64,000 nt of DNA, taken from Gemmatimonadota bacterium. Its GTDB lineage: Bacteria > Gemmatimonadota > Gemmatimonadetes > Longimicrobiales > Gaopeijiaceae. The notes beneath the pieces were generated by a model. It made no database searches. It saw nothing but the letters and a program-made list of their open reading frames with translations, and was not told where the DNA came from. A program made the position numbers and the translations under genes. Below are positions 59,587-64,000 of this stretch, one piece after another. Positions within the stretch are counted from its first letter, which is position 1; the number at the start of each line of letters is the position of its first letter. Where the stretch lies: positions 32,001-96,000 of the forward strand of contig JBDHHQ010000006.1 in assembly GCA_039589315.1 (NCBI GenBank). Reading direction: 5' to 3'.

Positions 59587-60846
59587 ATGAGGCATCGATG
59601 GGGAGTGATTCCCGGGACTTTGGCGCTCACCACCTTGAGTTTCCTCGGCGCCACCGCTTGCGGGGAGCTGGAGGAAGGCGGAGACGGGTCGCCGGCCGGG
59701 AGAGGGGCAAGGGCCCAAGGCGTGCGGGGAATCGAGCTTTCGGACCCCGCTCGTGCTTTCCCTGAGTCCTACAGCTACATCCAGTCCATCCGGGAGCTTC
59801 CGGATGGACTGGTAATGTGGGCCGATCCGCTGGGCCAGGCACTGGTCGTGGCCGATCTGGACGCGGAGCGGGCGGACACGCTGGGGCGAGTGGGGCAGGG
59901 CCCGGAGGAGTATCGCCAGCCTGACGCCGTCTGGGCCCTGCCCGGTGACTCGACCCTTCTCGTCGACCTGGGCAATGGTCGGCTGACGGCGATCGCCGCG
60001 GACGGCACCTTCGGCGACACCTGGCCGATCGGACAAGGACAGCCCGGCCCCGGCATGGTGATCGCTCTTCCCAGGGCCGTGGACGGCCAAGGCAGACTAT
60101 ACATCCAGGGTCGCTTCGGGCCCGGACCCGGAGGACAGCTGCCGGACTCGGCACCGGTCCTCCGGTTCGACCGGGGGACCGCGTCGGTGGACACGGTGGC
60201 CACGGTCAAGCTCGAAGAGCGTACGATGGAGCGGAGTGGTGGACCGGGGAACGAACAGGTTTCCATCGGCCTGGTGCCGTTGTCTCCGGCCGATGCCTGG
60301 GGGGTTGCTCCAGACGGACGAATGGCCATTGCCCGTTCGGCGGACTACCACCTCGAGTGGATCGCACCGGACGGATCTCAGGTGGCGGGATCGCCTGTGG
60401 ATGTCGCGGGCGTTTCCATCGGCCAGGCCGAAAGGGAGGAGTGGGATCGGGAGCGCTCGCTTTCCGGCGGAGGACTTTCCATCGGAATCTCGATGAACAA
60501 CGGTGTGGCGCAGATGAGCTTCAGCCGCGGGGGCAACATGCGCCTGGGCGGCGAGGACGAGGACAGTGGGCTCGACCGGTACGATTGGCCGGACCGGAAG
60601 CCTCCCTTCTACAACGCGACGGTCCTGGTGGATGACGTCGGCCGTGCGTGGGTACGGCGGCACGTGGCGGCAGGGAAGCAGCCCACCTTCGACGTCTTCG
60701 ACGGGAGTGCGGAGCGAGTGGCCACGGTCGTGCTCCCCATGGGCCGACGCATCGTCGGATTCGGCCCATCCGGCCTTTACGCCGTCAGGGTCGACGAATT
60801 CGACCTGAACTACCTGGAACGCTACGAGATGCCGGGTCTGCAGTAG
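59587..60846 (+). CDS. 6-bladed beta-propeller-like lipoprotein
   Basis: Lipobox ATAC; GRVGQGPEEYRQP, DDVGRAWVRR, FDVFD..., DEFDLNYLERY. Confidence 0.8.
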   Translation: MRHRWGVIPGTLALTTLSFLGATACGELEEGGDGSPAGRGARAQGVRGIELSDPARAFPESYSYIQSIRELPDGLVMWADPLGQALVVADLDAERADTLGRVGQGPEEYRQPDAVWALPGDSTLLVDLGNGRLTAIAADGTFGDTWPIGQGQPGPGMVIALPRAVDGQGRLYIQGRFGPGPGGQLPDSAPVLRFDRGTASVDTVATVKLEERTMERSGGPGNEQVSIGLVPLSPADAWGVAPDGRMAIARSADYHLEWIAPDGSQVAGSPVDVAGVSIGQAEREEWDRERSLSGGGLSIGISMNNGVAQMSFSRGGNMRLGGEDEDSGLDRYDWPDRKPPFYNATVLVDDVGRAWVRRHVAAGKQPTFDVFDGSAERVATVVLPMGRRIVGFGPSGLYAVRVDEFDLNYLERYEMPGLQ

Positions 60847-60915
60847 CAGGCAAGGCATGGCGGCGTGGCGTGGCGTGGGCCACGCCTCATGTCGGCTCTG
60901 CAGTGGCAGCCGAGG

Positions 60916-61004
60916 CACCGGGCGGTGTGGGTCAGGACCCATGAACCGCCCGGTGTGAAGCCAGGCCTCAACCGCCCGGTGTAAGGCCGGCCCTCGACCG
61001 CCCG
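60916..61004. repeat. REP/BIME-like element between convergent genes
   Basis: Inverted CACCGGGCGGT / ACCGCCCGGTG (60916-60926, 60945-60955) plus 26-bp tandem units AACCGCCCGGTGT..GCC.G.CCTC at 60944 and 60970. Confidence 0.65.
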
Positions 61005-61019
61005 CCTGGCGCAACCGGC

Positions 61020-63092
61020 TCAGAACACCTCTTCCTGGAGGAGGCCAAGGTCCCGGGTGGCCTCGGCCAGTCGCACGAACTCCTGGCGGTAGCCGTGCGC
61101 GTCTCTCCCCAGCGCCCCACTCGCCAGCGAGATCACGTCCTCGAGGGCAAACTCGCCGCAGTGCTCCGAGTCCCTGAGAATCATGCCGAAGGCGGCGATG
61201 GCGCCGGCGAAGCGGAGGTCGACGGAGGCCTCTCCGGGCCGGTCCACGACCACCTGGGTCAGCAATCGGCTCTCCCGGCCCGTGGGCTCCTTGTAGCGGA
61301 CCTTCACGAACATGAGCTCATCCGAGTCCATGCGCCGCGTGGGTCCGTCCTCCGGTTGGTACCGGAGTGGGTCGACCGATCCGGTCTGGACATCTGTCTC
61401 GGAGTCCACCGGAACCAGCTCGTAGAGGGCTGTCACCGAGTGACCGGCACCGAGCTCCCCCGCGTCCTTGCCGTCATCATTGAAGTCCTCGTCCGCCAGC
61501 AGCCGGTTCTCGTATCCGATCAGTCGGTATGCGCGAACGGTCGCCGGGTTGAATTCGACCTGGAGCTTCACGTCCTTGGCGAGGGTCAGCAACGTGCCGC
61601 CGATCTCCGTGACCAGCTGCTTGCGCGCTTCGAGGACGCCGTCGATGTACGCGTAGTTCCCGTTCCCATGATCGGCGAGGGCCTCCATCTTCGAGTCCTT
61701 CAGGTTCCCCGTCCCGAATCCGAGCACCGAGAGGAAGGTCCCCTGTTCCCGCTTGGCCTCGACCAGGCGGGTCATTTCGGCGTCTGAGGACGGACCCACG
61801 TTGAAATCACCGTCCGTGGCCAGGATGACCCGATTGTTGCCGGCGTCGATGTGATTCTCCATGGCTACGGCGTAGGCCAACTCGAGCCCCGCGCCGCCGG
61901 CCGTCGATCCGCCGGCCTCTAGCCCCTCGATGGCGTCGAGGATTGACTGCTTCTCGTCACCCGCGGTGGACGGGAGCACGAGGCCTGCGGCGCCCGCGTA
62001 CACGACGATGGCGACCCGGTCCTCCGGACGCAGCTGTCCCACCAGCAATCTCATGGCGGATTTGAGAAGCGGCAGCTTGTCCGGCGATTGCATGGAGCCT
62101 GAGACATCCAGGAGGAAGACGAGATTGTTCGGTGGAAGGTCCTCCGCGTCGATCCGCTCCGCCTGGACACCGATGCGAACCAATCGATGGGCGGGCTGCC
62201 ACGGCGCCGGGGCCACCTCGGTCGTCACCGTGAAGGGGGCGGCGCCGTCGGACGTCGGGTAGTCGTACGGGAAGTAGTTCACCATCTCCTCGATGCGAAC
62301 CGCATCTCTGGGCGGACGACGGCCCTCGTTGATGAACCTGCGCACGTTGGAATAGGACGCCCGGTCCACGTCGATGCTGAAGGTGGAAAGAGGAGACGAG
62401 GCCACTGGCAGGAAGCCGCTTTCGCTGATGCGCCCGTACGACTCCGTATTGAAGGCCGGATTGTACCGGCCCGGCAGCGACTGTTGGGCCAGAGACGGCG
62501 TCATGACCGACAGGGCGTCGGCCACGACCCGGGCGCCGATTACGCTCTCCGACACCTTGGCCAGCAGCTCGCCGGCGGCAACCGCCTCTTCGGGCTCTTG
62601 CCGCATCGACCTCAACGTGAAGTCCAGGGTCATGCTGGACCCGTCGACCAACAGGGTCGCAGTGCTCCGTGCGTAGCCCGGGTGCTCAGCCCGAACCGTG
62701 AGCTCACGGCCTGCCCAGGCCTCCGGAAGCGTGAGGACATACCCTCCGCCTCGGTCGGTCCTCGCTGCGAGACGGGTCCCCGAAACCGATACGACAGCCT
62801 CGCGCAAGGGCTGGCCCGTGACCGCGTCCGTCACCTTCCCCATGAGCGAGATCTCCGCACTCGGGGCGTCGGACCCCGGCGTGGGGGCCCTCGGCGCCCC
62901 GGCCGTCGGGCTGGTGGGCTGCAGCTCCAGGGTCCAAAGCGGGAGCTCCGGGGCGGTCGCCGGTGCCGATGGGGTCGCGGGGATCGGACTCCAGATCGAT
63001 GCCGGCAGCTCTGACGCCGGCCGGTCGTCCAGGACCGACGAGACCGTTGCCACTGCGGCAACGGCGATCATGAGCAGAACGGGGGTCTTCAT
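61020..63092 (-). CDS. YfbK-like VWA domain protein (DUF3520) with N-terminal carboxypeptidase-regulatory-like domain
   Basis: PLSTFSIDVDRASY, AVRIEEMVNYF, DVSGSM, NNRVILATDGDFNVG, YRLIGYENR, GAGHSVTALYE. Confidence 0.9.
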   Translation of the reverse strand: MKTPVLLMIAVAAVATVSSVLDDRPASELPASIWSPIPATPSAPATAPELPLWTLELQPTSPTAGAPRAPTPGSDAPSAEISLMGKVTDAVTGQPLREAVVSVSGTRLAARTDRGGGYVLTLPEAWAGRELTVRAEHPGYARSTATLLVDGSSMTLDFTLRSMRQEPEEAVAAGELLAKVSESVIGARVVADALSVMTPSLAQQSLPGRYNPAFNTESYGRISESGFLPVASSPLSTFSIDVDRASYSNVRRFINEGRRPPRDAVRIEEMVNYFPYDYPTSDGAAPFTVTTEVAPAPWQPAHRLVRIGVQAERIDAEDLPPNNLVFLLDVSGSMQSPDKLPLLKSAMRLLVGQLRPEDRVAIVVYAGAAGLVLPSTAGDEKQSILDAIEGLEAGGSTAGGAGLELAYAVAMENHIDAGNNRVILATDGDFNVGPSSDAEMTRLVEAKREQGTFLSVLGFGTGNLKDSKMEALADHGNGNYAYIDGVLEARKQLVTEIGGTLLTLAKDVKLQVEFNPATVRAYRLIGYENRLLADEDFNDDGKDAGELGAGHSVTALYELVPVDSETDVQTGSVDPLRYQPEDGPTRRMDSDELMFVKVRYKEPTGRESRLLTQVVVDRPGEASVDLRFAGAIAAFGMILRDSEHCGEFALEDVISLASGALGRDAHGYRQEFVRLAEATRDLGLLQEEVF

Positions 63093-63317
63093 GGGGTCAT
63101 CCCTCCCTCGGTGTTCGGGGTCTTGCGGGCTGCAATCGCCAGGCTCTCGTGTAGGAAGACGTTGGAGGGGAGAGATCTTGCACAGCGCTCACGCCGTTCG
63201 AAGCACAGCGCGGACGACATGCGTGCCGGGATGAGCGCTCCAGGCGGACGAAGGCCTGGCCTACGCCCCGGCGAAGGCCTGCTCGCGCTGGCCCCCCCCG
63301 GGCTCAGCCGGATCGGC

Positions 63318-63998
63318 TCAGGCTGCCCGGCCCGACGAGTCCGTGCCCGCAGGCGCCGAGACGAGATGGGGATCATCCAGGACACGGGTGAGAACCGCCA
63401 TGAGCCCGAAGACGACCATGACGTTGGTGACCAGAAAGAACATGGCTTCCTCGACAGGGAGGCCCATGGGAGCGGCGCCGAACGTGTAGCGGTCGGAGAT
63501 GGTCCGTGTCCCGGCGTCGATGGCCGTCCGGTCGGCGAACCAGAGGTACAGGGTCGGCACGAGGATCGACGGCAGCACGGCGGGTCGAAAGCGGAGAATG
63601 AGGGGGCCAGCGTGAAGCCAGAGAAGAAGAAGAACCGGCGCGCTCCAGATCAGGATCAGACCCATATACGTGCCCGGCTCCGAGGCCAACAGGAGGACTC
63701 CCTCTGCGCCCATCGCCAACAGGGGGATCGTGCCCCAGAACCTCACGCGGGCAGGCCTGGCGACCGCCGGGGGAGGCTGGCCTGACTCAAGGATGCGGAG
63801 GAGGAACACGTACAGGACCATGCCCGTGAGAAGAGGCTGCAGGATGAAGAACGCGTATTCCTCGATGGGCACCCATCCGATCGTACCGAGGACTCGTCTC
63901 TCGCCGTAGCCCCAGATCCCGTTCGCCACGAGGTAGTTGTCCCAGGGGGTCGCGTACAGGAGCGCGATGAGTGGGATGGCGATCAGGCCGAGGCGGGC
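63318..63998 (-). CDS. Lycopene cyclase domain protein (CrtYc/Yd-type tandem domains), 5' end outside the window
   Basis: LLYATPWDNYLVANGIW.Y, VPIEEYAFF, PTLYLW..D..AI, LPVEEAMFFLVTN; frame open to the window edge. Confidence 0.9.
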   Translation of the reverse strand, partial: ARLGLIAIPLIALLYATPWDNYLVANGIWGYGERRVLGTIGWVPIEEYAFFILQPLLTGMVLYVFLLRILESGQPPPAVARPARVRFWGTIPLLAMGAEGVLLLASEPGTYMGLILIWSAPVLLLLWLHAGPLILRFRPAVLPSILVPTLYLWFADRTAIDAGTRTISDRYTFGAAPMGLPVEEAMFFLVTNVMVVFGLMAVLTRVLDDPHLVSAPAGTDSSGRAA

Positions 63999-64000
63999 TC

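Overview
GC-rich (about 70% by eye) bacterial window with about 45 CDSs. The gene repertoire (VPS10-type propeller, duplicated MacB-type permease, kinase-TPR, choice-of-anchor-B proteins, DUF222-HNH remnant, many exported proteins) suggests Gemmatimonadota; this is inference only. No rRNA, tRNA, CRISPR array or intact mobile element was seen. The main result is at 43.7-58.5 kb. Two exported peroxiredoxin/thioredoxin-fold genes are each split by the ORF track at an in-frame TGA that sits at the catalytic Cys position (TRG-U at 51168-51166; HW-U-PWC at 58082-58084). Each TGA is followed by a SECIS-like hairpin with GU at the same distance, so both are probably unannotated selenoproteins. They lie beside CcdA and TlpA and flank an exported beta-propeller operon (choice-of-anchor-B, His-rich YncE, FG-GAP lipoprotein). 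Two identical ECF-type promoter motifs occur in the locus, and a second choice-of-anchor-B paralogue lies nearby. Together these suggest an envelope selenol/thiol redox system serving His/Cys-rich propeller proteins. Other observations: a MarR gene broken by an internal deletion, a scar joining two gene tails, a candidate LexA-type box, a candidate oxalate activation/reduction pair, a nupC-pfkB-guaA operon with a long animal-type GMP synthase, leaderless regulator promoters, several short tandem repeat tracts and a decayed DUF222-HNH element. All family assignments come from motif recognition, not database searches.
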